Source: an uncultured Leptospirales bacterium (GTDB lineage Bacteria; Spirochaetota; UBA4802; UBA5550). From it: DNA of 64,000 nucleotides. The translations under genes were made by a program, and so were the position numbers. The stretch's first letter is position 1; every line of letters starts with the position of its first letter. Under the pieces are notes generated by a model. It saw only the letters and a list, made by a program, of their open reading frames with translations, ran no database searches and was not told the DNA's origin. This document shows positions 30,062-40,013 of the stretch, in pieces. The DNA is taken from assembly GCA_964645775.1 (NCBI GenBank), contig CAZYBU010000015.1, forward strand, positions 4,943 to 68,942, read 5' to 3'.

Positions 30062-30910
30062 TTACCGTCCCGCCAGCTCATCCCGGTCCGATCTCTCCAG
30101 GGCCTCCCGGAGGGCCCTGTCGATCCATTCCTCCGGGACAGTATCCGCCGGAACCGTGCCCACCTTCAGGTGCGCCAGAAACTCATGGTTCCCTTTTGGG
30201 CCGGTGACGGGCGAGGCGCAGAGCCCGGAGATACACGCCCCCTGGCCGGCAAGTTCATCCACTGTTCTGCGAAGTATGCGCCCGAGTGCTTCCTGGTCCC
30301 GGACCACGCCTTTCTTCTGTTCGCCGGGACCGGCCTCGAACTGGGGTTTAATGAGGAGCAGAGCCTCCACGCCGGGGAAGAGCCGCGCCGCGACGGGGTA
30401 CACCTTTGTTATTGAAATAAAGGAGAGGTCCCCGGTCACGAGATCGACCGTTTCATCAAAATGTTCCGGAGTCAGGTAGCGCACGTTGGTCCTTTCATGG
30501 AGAGCAACCCGCCGGTCATTGCGGAGCCGGTAGTCGAACTGTCCGTATCCCACGTCCACGGAGTAGACCCGGACCGCTCCCCTCTGTAGCAGGCAGTCCG
30601 TGAACCCGCCGGTGGAGGCGCCCATGTCCAGGGCGACGCGTCCCGAAACATTTATATTGAAACGATCCAGGCCCCTCTCCAGTTTATACCCCCCCCGGCT
30701 TACGTAGCGGCCACCCGGCCTTTCGACCGCGATCTCTTCCCGGCCGGTAACCTGTTTCGATGGGACACGGATCGTCTCTCCGTTTACTTTGACCCATCCT
30801 GCCTGAATCTCCCGCCGCGCCTTCTCCCGGGAAGGGGAGAAGCCCCGTTGAACGCAGAAAAGGTCGAGCCGGATAAGAGGTTCTTTTTCAGCTGACATGA
30901 CCGGCGGCAA
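30062..30910 (-). CDS. tlyA: TlyA-family rRNA 2'-O-methyltransferase (hemolysin A-like)
   Basis: S4 domain followed by an FtsJ-type methyltransferase with GASTGGFT. Confidence 0.85.
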   Translation of the reverse strand: MPPVMSAEKEPLIRLDLFCVQRGFSPSREKARREIQAGWVKVNGETIRVPSKQVTGREEIAVERPGGRYVSRGGYKLERGLDRFNINVSGRVALDMGASTGGFTDCLLQRGAVRVYSVDVGYGQFDYRLRNDRRVALHERTNVRYLTPEHFDETVDLVTGDLSFISITKVYPVAARLFPGVEALLLIKPQFEAGPGEQKKGVVRDQEALGRILRRTVDELAGQGACISGLCASPVTGPKGNHEFLAHLKVGTVPADTVPEEWIDRALREALERSDRDELAGR

Positions 30911-32777
30911 GGAGGGAACGTACCCTGTTTGTCAGGGAACGGGTATCCAGCCCGTAGGAGCGGAAGAGGTCTTCCATGGATCCGTGGGGCACAAACTCAT
31001 CCGGAAAACCTCCCAGGAAAAGGAGCTTCCGTCCCGTTTCCGGTGGCAGGAGGGAATGTATAAGCTCACCAACACCTCCGGATACCAGTCCGTTCTCCAG
31101 GGTGAAGAAACTCCGGGTCGATTCCAGCCTCTCTGTTACGGTATCGATGTCCAGGGGCCGTATAGAAAGGATATTGATTACTCCCACGGAAAGACCCTTC
31201 TCCTCCAGGCTCTCCATGACTTCCAGGGCCCGGGGAACCATGTCTCCCAGGGCGAGGATGGTCAGGTCTTCTCCTTCAGCGAGGACACGGGCACGGCCCG
31301 GTTCCAGGGGTTCGCCGCCGGAGATATCGACATACTCTTCCGGGATTTTGCCCCTCGGGTACCGTATCATGACCGGCCCGGCCGCGTGATTCGACGCGAA
31401 GAGAAGGGCGTCACGGAGTTCCTCTCCTGAGGCGGGAGAGAGAAAGGTCAGGTTCGGAACGTTCCGGTAAAGTCCGATATCGAAGAGACCATGATGGGTC
31501 TCGCCGTCGTCCCCCACGATACCGGCCCGGTCCACGAGAATCCTGACCGGCAGGTTCATGATGGCGACGTCATGGATGATCTGGTCCACGGATCGCTGGA
31601 GAAAGGTGGAGTAAATGGAGACAAAAGGTTTCTTTCCACACGAGGCGAGGGCCGACGCGAAGGTTATGGCGTGCTGTTCCGCGATACCCACATCGAAAAA
31701 ACGTTCCGGCGCTATATGCTCCACTTCGCAGAGACCGGTGCCCAGCTTCATGGCTGCCGTTACGGCTATGATATCGGGATCATCCATGGCCAGGTTGGCC
31801 AGAGTCCGGCCGGCCAGGAGAGACCAGCTGTCTTTTTTCGAAGGAACGCTTTTCGGCTTCCCGGTGTCCCGGTCAAAGGGACCAGTGCCATGAAACCGTG
31901 AGGGGTTCTCTTCGGCGGGAGGATACCCCTTCCCTTTCCGGGTAATGACATGGATCAGCTTGGGTCCGGCGTTGATCCCCTTCACCTTCTCCATTATATC
32001 CAGGAGAAGGCTCATGTTGTGACCGTCCACAGGTCCGAAGTAACGGATACCCATGTCTTCGAACAGTTGCCCGGGGGTAATAGCGCCCTTCAGGCTCTGG
32101 CTTGCCCTGACAATCAGTTTAAAAAGTCCCTCTCCGATCTTCGGTATCCTGCGAATCAAAAACTGGGAACGTTTTCGAATACGGTTATAGAACTGGGTTG
32201 TGATGACACGGGTCAGATACTCAGAAATGGCCCCCACGTTCCGGTCGATGGAATGCTCGTTATCGTTCAGGATGATAATACAGTCATGGTTAGTCTGCCC
32301 GATGTGATTAAGAGCTTCGAAGGCCATACCGCTGGTCAGTGCGCCGTCTCCGATTACGGCGATGACCTTGTTCGAACCCTTTTCCAGATCCCGGGCTACC
32401 GCCTCGCCCATGGCAAGGGAGAGTGAGGTGCTGCTGTGTCCGGTATTGTAGGTATCAAAGGGTGACTCCACCCTCTTCGGGAAGCCGGAGAGACCCTGGT
32501 ACTGCCGCAGAGTTGCGAAGGTCTCTCTCCGTCCGGTCAATATTTTGTGAGCATAGGTCTGATGCCCCACGTCCCAGATGAGCCGGTCGGAGGGGGTGTT
32601 GAAAATATAATGAAGGGCAAGGGTGAGTTCCACCACGCCGAGAGAGGAAGCCAGATGCCCTCCTCTTTCAGACACGATATCGATAATATAATCGCGAACC
32701 TCCCGGGCAAGGGTTTCCAGCCTTTCCGGTTCCAGTTCCCTGAGTTCATTTACACTGTTAATCTTTTCAAGAAGCAT
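30888..32777 (-). CDS. dxs: 1-deoxy-D-xylulose-5-phosphate synthase
   Basis: The TPP-binding motif GDGALTSGMAFEALN and transketolase-like domains. The start is taken at the internal MLLEKINS rather than the ORF start at 32912. Confidence 0.9.
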   Translation of the reverse strand: MLLEKINSVNELRELEPERLETLAREVRDYIIDIVSERGGHLASSLGVVELTLALHYIFNTPSDRLIWDVGHQTYAHKILTGRRETFATLRQYQGLSGFPKRVESPFDTYNTGHSSTSLSLAMGEAVARDLEKGSNKVIAVIGDGALTSGMAFEALNHIGQTNHDCIIILNDNEHSIDRNVGAISEYLTRVITTQFYNRIRKRSQFLIRRIPKIGEGLFKLIVRASQSLKGAITPGQLFEDMGIRYFGPVDGHNMSLLLDIMEKVKGINAGPKLIHVITRKGKGYPPAEENPSRFHGTGPFDRDTGKPKSVPSKKDSWSLLAGRTLANLAMDDPDIIAVTAAMKLGTGLCEVEHIAPERFFDVGIAEQHAITFASALASCGKKPFVSIYSTFLQRSVDQIIHDVAIMNLPVRILVDRAGIVGDDGETHHGLFDIGLYRNVPNLTFLSPASGEELRDALLFASNHAAGPVMIRYPRGKIPEEYVDISGGEPLEPGRARVLAEGEDLTILALGDMVPRALEVMESLEEKGLSVGVINILSIRPLDIDTVTERLESTRSFFTLENGLVSGGVGELIHSLLPPETGRKLLFLGGFPDEFVPHGSMEDLFRSYGLDTRSLTNRVRSLLAAGHVS

Positions 32778-32868
32778 GGTTATTGTAATTCCGCCGCGAC
32801 TCCTGATCCATTGGATCTCTTCATTTTTTATTTGCCATACCCGGGAAGATAACAGGCCCTTGAAGAAG

Positions 32869-33645
32869 TTACAGACAAAAACGTTCGATGGAGACAGTCG
32901 ATCCCTTCTCAATCCGAGCGTTAATACCGCAAACCATGGATTCTCCCTGGGCCACCTTCATGCTTATCTTCATCTGAGTGGTCAGCCGCCTGATCGATTC
33001 CTCTACACTCATACCTATGACGGAATCAACGGGCCCGGTCATGCCCACATCGGTGATATAACCGGTCCCGCCCGGGAAGACCTTCTCGTCAGCGGTCTGG
33101 ACATGAGTATGAGTGCCGAAAACCAGGGATGCCCTTCCATCCACGTAACGCCCGAATGCCTGCTTTTCCGCCGTGGCCTCTGCGTGAAAATCGACAATGA
33201 ACGCTTCGCACACCCGGGCCATCTCGTCGTAAATACGGTCAAAGGCCCGAAAAGGACAGTCGAGAAGCTGATCCATAGTGATTCGTCCCATAAGGTTAAT
33301 TACACAGACCTTCATTCCCCGTATATCAACAAGGTGGAAGCCGCTACCCGGCACGCCGGGAGGAAAATTATGGGGCCTGAGCAGTCTCGGTTCCCTCCCC
33401 ATAATGGAAAGGATATCCCGGTTTCCCCAGACATGGTTGCCCGTGGTAACGACATCGACTCCCGAACCGAGAAACTGCTGAACCACAGAAGGGGTTATGG
33501 CCCGGCCCCCCGCCGCGTTCTCACTGTTTACCACGGCCAGGTCCACACTGTATCGGGTCCGGAGTCCTTCCAGCCGATTCATCAGGGCATTCCGGCCCGG
33601 CCGCCCAATTACGTCCCCAACGGCCAGAATGGAGAGAGAACCCAT
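32869..33645 (-). CDS. ymdB: YmdB-type metallophosphoesterase (2',3'-cNMP phosphodiesterase family)
   Basis: LAVGDVIGRPGR, VVNSENAAGG, and the GTHTHVQTAD motif. Confidence 0.85.
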   Translation of the reverse strand: MGSLSILAVGDVIGRPGRNALMNRLEGLRTRYSVDLAVVNSENAAGGRAITPSVVQQFLGSGVDVVTTGNHVWGNRDILSIMGREPRLLRPHNFPPGVPGSGFHLVDIRGMKVCVINLMGRITMDQLLDCPFRAFDRIYDEMARVCEAFIVDFHAEATAEKQAFGRYVDGRASLVFGTHTHVQTADEKVFPGGTGYITDVGMTGPVDSVIGMSVEESIRRLTTQMKISMKVAQGESMVCGINARIEKGSTVSIERFCL

Positions 33646-33681
33646 CAGAGCCTCTCTCTCCGCGTTTTCGGTACACCTTTC

Positions 33682-35211
33682 TTAACGGGCATACTCGACT
33701 ATGCGCTTCTCACGGATAAGGGTCACCCGCACAATTCCTGGATATTTAAGATCGTTCTCTATCCTTGTGGCGATGTCCCTGGCCATGTTCTCCGCACGGC
33801 TGTCATCCACCATGTCGTTATCCACCATGACCCGAAGCTCGCGGCCGGCCTGTATGGCGTAACACTTCTCCACGCCCTTGAATTCTTTCGCGATGTTCTC
33901 CAGGTTCTCAAGTCGTTTCAGATAGGTGTCCATGGACTCCCTCCGGGCGCCTGGACGGGAAGCCGAGATGGCGTCCGCCACCTGCACGATCACCGCCTCG
34001 AAGGACTCGGGCTCCCGGTCATTATGATGGGAGGCGATGGCGTTAACACACTTATCGTTTTCCCCGAACTTCTTGGCCATCTCAGCGCCGATAATGGCAT
34101 GGGAACCTTCCCCTTCCACGATGTTGCCTTTCCCTATGTCGTGCAGAATTCCCGCCCTCTTGGCGAACTGGACGTCCAGTTTCAGTTCACCCGCGATCAT
34201 GCCGGATATGTTGGCCACTTCCATGCTGTGCGCCAGAACGCTCTGGCCGTAACTGGTCCTGTATCTCAGTTTTCCTATACTGGCCAGGGCCTCCTTTGAG
34301 AGTCCGGGAATGCCGAGCTGGTAGACAGCCTTTTCGCCCTCCTCCAGCATCCCCTCCTCCATCTCCATGGTGACCTTTTCCACAACTTCCTCAATACGGG
34401 CAGGATGGATTCTTCCGTTCTGTATAAGACGCTCCAGGGAGAGACGGGCGATTTCACGACGCACGGGATCAAAGGCCGATATGACGACCACCTCAGGCGT
34501 ATCATCGATGATCATATCCACGCCGGCAAAGGTTTCCAGGGTCCGGATATTACGTCCTTCCCGCCCGATGATTCGGCCCTTCATCTCATCTGAAGGAAGA
34601 GAGACCGTGGTGATAGTGCTCTCCGAGGTATAGTCCGAAGCGTTCCTCTGGATCGCGGATATTACCACATCCTTGGCCTTCTTGTCCGCGGTGCGGCGGG
34701 CCTCTTCTTCAACCTTGTTTATGAGCCGGGTCGCCTCGAACCGGACCTCACTCTCCAGGTTTTTCATGAGGACTTCCCGGGCCTCTTCGGCCGTCATCCC
34801 GGCTACCCGTTCAAGTTCCTTCTTGTGCTTTTCGAATTCATGGTGAAGTTCCTCTTCCCGCTCCTGGAGTCCCTGTTCCCTCATGACGAGCTTTTTTTCG
34901 GAACGCTCTACCTGCTCGGTCCGTTCCTCAAGTGAACCTTCCTTCTGATTAAGCCGCCGTTCAATGCTGAGCAGCTCCTGTCGGCTCTCATGTAACTCTT
35001 TCTCAAAATTGTTTTTTTCCTTGAGCAGCTGATCCTTCGTTTCGATCAGCAGTTCTTTCCTTTTATTTTCCGCTTCCCTGATGGCGTCCTGTACAATGCG
35101 ATGCGATTTGGCCTCGGCGGAATTCAGCCGCACACGTCCGATATATGACCTGATCGCGAAGCCGAGGATGCCGGCAAGCGGGAGCGCGATAACACACAGT
35201 ATCGTTGTCAT
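33682..35211 (-). CDS. rny: Ribonuclease Y
   Basis: N-terminal TM, coiled coil, KH domain, and an HD domain with HSMEVA...ILHDIGK. The start is taken at MTTIL. Confidence 0.9.
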   Translation of the reverse strand: MTTILCVIALPLAGILGFAIRSYIGRVRLNSAEAKSHRIVQDAIREAENKRKELLIETKDQLLKEKNNFEKELHESRQELLSIERRLNQKEGSLEERTEQVERSEKKLVMREQGLQEREEELHHEFEKHKKELERVAGMTAEEAREVLMKNLESEVRFEATRLINKVEEEARRTADKKAKDVVISAIQRNASDYTSESTITTVSLPSDEMKGRIIGREGRNIRTLETFAGVDMIIDDTPEVVVISAFDPVRREIARLSLERLIQNGRIHPARIEEVVEKVTMEMEEGMLEEGEKAVYQLGIPGLSKEALASIGKLRYRTSYGQSVLAHSMEVANISGMIAGELKLDVQFAKRAGILHDIGKGNIVEGEGSHAIIGAEMAKKFGENDKCVNAIASHHNDREPESFEAVIVQVADAISASRPGARRESMDTYLKRLENLENIAKEFKGVEKCYAIQAGRELRVMVDNDMVDDSRAENMARDIATRIENDLKYPGIVRVTLIREKRIVEYAR

Positions 35212-35298
35212 GTTTTTCCTCCCACAAGGCACCGGAGTACCTTCATAGACGCTGCCAGTAACCCTTGCCCTTTTCAGGTATCCGGGAAAGCTGGAGCG

Positions 35299-35787
35299 TC
35301 AGGGGAGCCTGGAAAATCTCTGATGAATCTGTTCCGCGACTTGCTGTGGGACAAAGGAGGTTATATCTCCACTGAACCTGGCAACCTCTTTGATGATAGT
35401 AGATGATATAAAAAAGTAATCGCCCTGTGTCATCATGAAAACCGTTTCCAGTTCAGGCGCAAGCCTCTTGTTGGCGGAGGCCAGGGTCATTTCATATTCG
35501 AAATCGGTTACGGACCGGAGACCGCGGATAATAAAATTGATCTTCTTCTCCCGGCAATACTCAATGAGCAGTCCGTTAAATGAAACAACCTCATAATCTC
35601 CTTCAACATGGGCTATACTCGATTCTATCAACTCTATCCTCTCTTCCACAGAGAAAAGAGGGTCCTTCGCGCCGTTACGCGCCACAGCAATGATGAGTTT
35701 ATCGCACAAAAGGGCACTTCGCTCAACGATATCGATGTGCCCGTTTGTCACCGGGTCAAAGGTCCCAGGATAGATCGCAACATTCAT
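35299..35787 (-). CDS. coaD: Phosphopantetheine adenylyltransferase
   Basis: YPGTFDPVTNGH. Confidence 0.9.
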   Translation of the reverse strand: MNVAIYPGTFDPVTNGHIDIVERSALLCDKLIIAVARNGAKDPLFSVEERIELIESSIAHVEGDYEVVSFNGLLIEYCREKKINFIIRGLRSVTDFEYEMTLASANKRLAPELETVFMMTQGDYFFISSTIIKEVARFSGDITSFVPQQVAEQIHQRFSRLP

Positions 35788-36032
35788 CTGTATTCCAAGC
35801 TACTCCAACATTTTTAATAAAAAAATCCCTGAAAATGTCAAGAAATAATTAATGATTTCTTTATTAATACAGTAATTATTCCTGGAGATGCTTTTACGTG
35901 CAAACAAAAAAGAATCAATTCAATTACCCGCCGCCGAAGAGAATGGAGACAATAGAGTTTTTTATCAAAAATAAAGGTAACCGATCAGTACTGTTATTAA
36001 TATGCACTATGCGGATAAGGATCTATGCTTCA

Positions 36033-37745
36033 TCATAGCTCTTTGCCTACAGGAATGTTGTCCCATCCTCCCTCATCCCTGAGCTTCCCGGCAATTTCCA
36101 CCGCCTCTTCAGCGAGAAGAAGGTAGTCCACCTTCGCGCTCCGGGTCAGAGGCAGGCTCCCCGGCTCCACGATCTTTACATGGGAAGGCCGTGAATAGGC
36201 TGAAATGTCCTGGCAGGCTTCCATAACCTCTTCAGGGGTGAGGTCTTTGTCCGATTCCACGAAAGCCATGATCCCCTCGCTGAATATATCATGGGGCACG
36301 CCTACAACGGCTACCTTATCGAGCCGGTCCCCCAGCCGTGCTGATATATGGCTCTCCACGGTTCCGGGAAAGACCTGGTATCCCTTCGGCTTGATAATAA
36401 ACTTACGCCTTCCGGAGAAGTGAAGACCCTTATCATCATAGGATCCTACGTCTCCCGTATAGAGGACCCCCTCCCGGGTAAGGACGTTTCGGGTGTTCTC
36501 CGGATCACAGTAATACCCCGGAAAGACCTGGACACCCTCCAGGCATATCTCCCCTGAATCCCCGGCCGGTAGTACATCCCCTGCCGTCCTGTCCGGTTTC
36601 ATCGGCTTACGGATAGTGATTCGGCAAAGGGGCTGGTCAAAGCCGATACCCTGGAGAACCTCATCCACGCCGGCCCCCATGGGGGTATAGCTGCAAAAAC
36701 CGCTCGCCTCGGTGAGGCCGTCGCCGGTTCCCACATCAGGAGCCATGGCGGCCATCTTCTCAAGGAACTCCCGCGTGACGGATTGACCTCCATAGACCAC
36801 AAGCCTCAGACTGGAGAGATCCTTTTTATCATAGTCAGGCACCCTCCACTCCAGGTTAAACAGGGCCGGTATCTGCCCAATCAGGGTAACACGGTACTTC
36901 TCGATGGCATCCAGGCTCTGGGCCGCGTCGAAAACTGGCAATATCACAAGAACGGAACCACCGTAGATGGTACTGGCTACCTGTTCCGTGATGCATCCCA
37001 CATGGGAGGGTGGCAGGTTGGCGAGGAAGATATCATTCTTCTGCAGTTCGAAGGCCACGCAGAGCCCGATATTCTGGGCCGTGATGCCGTCATGGGTCAG
37101 CATGGCCGGCTTCGGGGACCCGGTTGAACCGGTTGTGAAAATGATCAGGCATGGGTCGCTGCCGGATACCTTTTCCCTGGCTTTTTTAACGGAGCCTGTG
37201 ATCAGGGAGAGGATAAGGTTTTTCGCGATCCCCCGTGTGAACCCTTTCATGGAAAGAGCTCCTTCGATCAGGCCTTCATCCGTGTTCTGAAACTGGACGG
37301 CATGTTCAATGAACGGGGTCTCCTGAAGGGCCTCCTTTACCAGGGGCCTGAAATCGGCCTGGGGTGTCTCTCCCAGGAAGAAGTACCCTTTCGGCCGAAT
37401 CTTCTGCAGGGCATAGACGATCTCATCTTTTTTGAGGCGAAGGTCAAGGGGAGCGACGATTACACCTACACGGTAGGCGGCGTACATAAGGTAGAGATGC
37501 TCCTTAACCAGGGGAAGGCTGGTGGCGATGATATCCCCTTTCCGGTAACCGTGATTCAGAAGCTGGGCCGCCAGGCCCTTTACGGAACGCTCAAATACCG
37601 ACCAGGGTATCTTCTCGTCCGTATGATACTCTATGATGGCTGTCTCTTTACCCTTTTGGGACGCGTAATGGGTAACATAATCCGACAGGTTGGTAAATCT
37701 CCGCTCAAACTCATCCAGACATTGCCTCTCTTTTTCCGGTGTCAT
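36033..37745 (-). CDS. AMP-dependent synthetase/ligase (acyl-CoA ligase family)
   Basis: The AMP-binding motif IFTTGSTGSPKPAMLTH, 570 aa. Confidence 0.8.
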   Translation of the reverse strand: MTPEKERQCLDEFERRFTNLSDYVTHYASQKGKETAIIEYHTDEKIPWSVFERSVKGLAAQLLNHGYRKGDIIATSLPLVKEHLYLMYAAYRVGVIVAPLDLRLKKDEIVYALQKIRPKGYFFLGETPQADFRPLVKEALQETPFIEHAVQFQNTDEGLIEGALSMKGFTRGIAKNLILSLITGSVKKAREKVSGSDPCLIIFTTGSTGSPKPAMLTHDGITAQNIGLCVAFELQKNDIFLANLPPSHVGCITEQVASTIYGGSVLVILPVFDAAQSLDAIEKYRVTLIGQIPALFNLEWRVPDYDKKDLSSLRLVVYGGQSVTREFLEKMAAMAPDVGTGDGLTEASGFCSYTPMGAGVDEVLQGIGFDQPLCRITIRKPMKPDRTAGDVLPAGDSGEICLEGVQVFPGYYCDPENTRNVLTREGVLYTGDVGSYDDKGLHFSGRRKFIIKPKGYQVFPGTVESHISARLGDRLDKVAVVGVPHDIFSEGIMAFVESDKDLTPEEVMEACQDISAYSRPSHVKIVEPGSLPLTRSAKVDYLLLAEEAVEIAGKLRDEGGWDNIPVGKEL

Positions 37746-38002
37746 GCTCTCCCCCTCCTGTGTATATCCTGTAACGCGACTATACGTTTTATCGACAAAA
37801 TGACAAGAAAATTTTTATATTATCGGGAGGTTTGTTTACCCAGGCAGATAAGACCCAATTACCTGAAATCGATCATAAACGGAAGGATGGTTATGAAAGT
37901 GAAGCTCTCAAACCCTTCCTGAATAGGTATCTTTTTGAACGTCCGAGAGTAATTATTTTTTCCATTTTTCTTCTGACAGACGTGTACCCATTGAGGCTCT
38001 TT

Positions 38003-38031
38003 AACTTGACTTTCCAGAGGGGCCTGACTAT
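38003..38031 (+). promoter_or_regulatory. Near-consensus sigma70 promoter for the repeat-protein gene
   Basis: TTGACT, 17-nt spacer, TATAAT, about 20 nt before the ATG at 38051. Confidence 0.55.
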
Positions 38032-38050
38032 AATTTACGGATTACGTATC

Positions 38051-38581
38051 ATGGCGCAGACAATGGAACTGACAGGCGAACAGATTCAGAAAATCGGCGA
38101 TTACGTCATCGAGAAAAGTCATCTCTGGGCACCCAGGTATGACCGTGACCTCCTGGAGCGAAGCGTTCGTCTGGAAGAGGAGCTGAAGAACCAGAGGGAG
38201 CTGATGCTCCAGGGGTTTCAGCAGATGGACACTCGTTTCGAGTCCATGCAGAAACAGATGGATGAGCGTTTCGCGGCATCGGACAGACGCTTTAGTGACA
38301 TGAATCAGCGCTTCAATGACATGAATCAGCGCTTTAGTGACATGAATCAGCGCTTCGATGACACGAACCGGCGCTTTGATGACATGAATCAGCACTTCGA
38401 TGACATAAATCAGCGCTTTGATGACATAAATCAGCGCTTCGATAACACGAACCAGCGTTTCGATGACACGAACCAGCGCTTCGATGACATGAACAAAAAG
38501 TTCATCATGATGTTCGGCTTCATGACCATCGGACTGACCCTTATCACAGTCCTTATGAGTATCTACGAGTTCGTGACCTGA
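38051..38581 (+). CDS. Tail-anchored coiled-coil protein built from tandem heptad repeats (XhlA/Bdr-like architecture)
   Basis: The N-terminal MAQTMELTGEQIQKIGDYVIEKSHLWAP, then (D-M/I/T-N-Q-R-F-D) in about ten copies, then the TM helix FIMMFGFMTIGLTLITVLMSIY. Confidence 0.6.
   Translation: MAQTMELTGEQIQKIGDYVIEKSHLWAPRYDRDLLERSVRLEEELKNQRELMLQGFQQMDTRFESMQKQMDERFAASDRRFSDMNQRFNDMNQRFSDMNQRFDDTNRRFDDMNQHFDDINQRFDDINQRFDNTNQRFDDTNQRFDDMNKKFIMMFGFMTIGLTLITVLMSIYEFVT
38276..38506 (+). repeat. 21-bp tandem repeat array of about 10-11 units (consensus gacatgaatcagcgcttcgat)
   Basis: Units start at 38297, 38318, 38339, 38360, 38381, 38402, 38423, 38444, 38465 and 38486, with 0-4 substitutions each. 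Every unit encodes one heptad. Confidence 0.9.
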
Positions 38582-38973
38582 TCCGGATCAACGTACCCGA
38601 TCCTCCAGCGATAATAGAGCCATAACCAGAAAAAGGCGAAGAATACTGTCAGGAAGAGATAAAGACTGACCGGCCCTCCTTCGATGATGGTGAGGACGAT
38701 CCCCAGCACGGCCGTAAAGGACCAGACCAGTTTCAAAACCAGCATGGTTTTAAAGACCTCCACTGTCTCGTTGCGTACAAGGAGCGAAATCCCTCCGATT
38801 CCGAACAGGGCGGCAGCCACCAGGCGCGTTGTCAGGGTGTTAATATCCTGAAAACCGAAGAGTTCCAGGCTCCATACCGGGAAAAACATCATCGGTATGG
38901 CGAACAGAAAATCGACCGCGAAATGAATACTAAACCAGACCCGGAGACCTCCGGGAAATTCCTTTGACGGCAT
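38563..38973 (-). CDS. Hypothetical 4-TM membrane protein
   Basis: Hydrophobic ORF whose 3' end overlaps the repeat gene convergently by 19 nt. Confidence 0.4.
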   Translation of the reverse strand: MPSKEFPGGLRVWFSIHFAVDFLFAIPMMFFPVWSLELFGFQDINTLTTRLVAAALFGIGGISLLVRNETVEVFKTMLVLKLVWSFTAVLGIVLTIIEGGPVSLYLFLTVFFAFFWLWLYYRWRIGYVDPDQVTNS

Positions 38974-39096
38974 GGCATCCTCCCATAAAACATGTTATCC
39001 GGAGTATACTTAAAACCGGAATCTCTGTCACCTTTTTTCGCTACCTGACTTTACGAAACAGAACCATTGCGCTATATTCTTACGCAGGGAGACGCC

Positions 39097-39300
39097 ATGA
39101 ATATCGGAAAGATTCTGATCATAACAGGTATCGTTCTTGTTGGCGCCGGGATCATCTATTACCTGACAGGCGGCAGGGTCGGTCGCCTGCCGGGAGACAT
39201 CCATGTTCAGAGGGAGAACCTGCAGGTCTATATTCCTGTCACAACCATGATCCTCCTCAGCCTTGTGCTTTCCCTTATTCTGTGGCTGCTCAGAAGATGA
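39097..39300 (+). CDS. DUF2905-family small membrane protein
   Basis: MNIGKILIITGIVLVGAGIIYYLTGGRVGRLPGDIHVQRENLQVYIPVTT; GGGAGA RBS. Confidence 0.5.
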   Translation: MNIGKILIITGIVLVGAGIIYYLTGGRVGRLPGDIHVQRENLQVYIPVTTMILLSLVLSLILWLLRR

Positions 39301-39304
39301 ATCC

Positions 39305-39658
39305 ATGAAAACCCGGCATGGCCTTCTTTGTTTGTCTATAATCCTTCTGACTTCTCCCCTCTACTCCTTCCAACAGAGAGATCTCTTCAGCGGAGGAGCG
39401 GAACAGTCACTGTATGTGATCATTAACGGCCTGGTGGCAGGTGGAAAGTCATTCCACAAACGGTATCTGGATAGTATCGTGGATGATGTGGAAGACATCT
39501 TAGGGCTAAACAGACTTGCCGGGGATCTGGTCACCGTGGATGAGCTGCCCAGGGTCCAGGTCAGGGGAAAAGAGAAACCTCTGAGGATTTACCGGGTCAC
39601 CGGGAAGAAGAGAGAGATCATAACACCAGAGGAATCCCGGTCTTTTCCGCGAGATTGA
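39305..39658 (+). CDS. Hypothetical small secreted protein
   Basis: Signal peptide MKTRHGLLCLSIILLTSPLYS. The ATG is 4 nt after the preceding stop. Confidence 0.35.
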   Translation: MKTRHGLLCLSIILLTSPLYSFQQRDLFSGGAEQSLYVIINGLVAGGKSFHKRYLDSIVDDVEDILGLNRLAGDLVTVDELPRVQVRGKEKPLRIYRVTGKKREIITPEESRSFPRD

Positions 39659-40013
39659 TCAGCTGCCTGTCAAGGGTCATTAATCGGGCTCCGAATCTCC
39701 GCGCCAGGGTATAGTATAGAAGATCATAGACGGGATGATTCAGTCGGACCGCTTCATTAAGGGCTTCCTGGATATTATCTGAAACCTCGATATACTCATC
39801 AACGAGTTCATGGACCAGGCAGAGTATTTCGTTGCCCTTCTCCATAGATATATAATCTGATCGGACATATTTCCAGATTGTATTGGCGGTTTCGACCCGA
39901 AAGAGCTCTGAGCTGATAACCTTACTGGCCTTTGTTAATTCCAATTTCAGGGCACCATGGGCAGGTCTTGAAAGGACTATCTCCATAGCAGCGCTGGCAT
40001 CAAGCACGATCAT
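39618..40013 (-). CDS. vapC: PIN-domain toxin VapC
   Basis: MIVLDASAAME, conserved acidic residues, and 131 aa. It shares a 4-nt ATGA overlap with the upstream antitoxin gene. Confidence 0.8.
   Translation of the reverse strand: MIVLDASAAMEIVLSRPAHGALKLELTKASKVISSELFRVETANTIWKYVRSDYISMEKGNEILCLVHELVDEYIEVSDNIQEALNEAVRLNHPVYDLLYYTLARRFGARLMTLDRQLINLAEKTGIPLVL

Noticed and set aside
32776-34299. A 507-aa plus-strand ORF spanning ymdB and rny.
   Set aside because: It is antisense to two confidently identified genes and has no domain signature.
38276-38506. A tandem repeat array considered as a possible CRISPR or minisatellite.
   Set aside because: The units are contiguous 21-mers with no spacers, and they lie entirely inside an ORF where each unit encodes a heptad. 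This is a coding repeat, not a CRISPR array.
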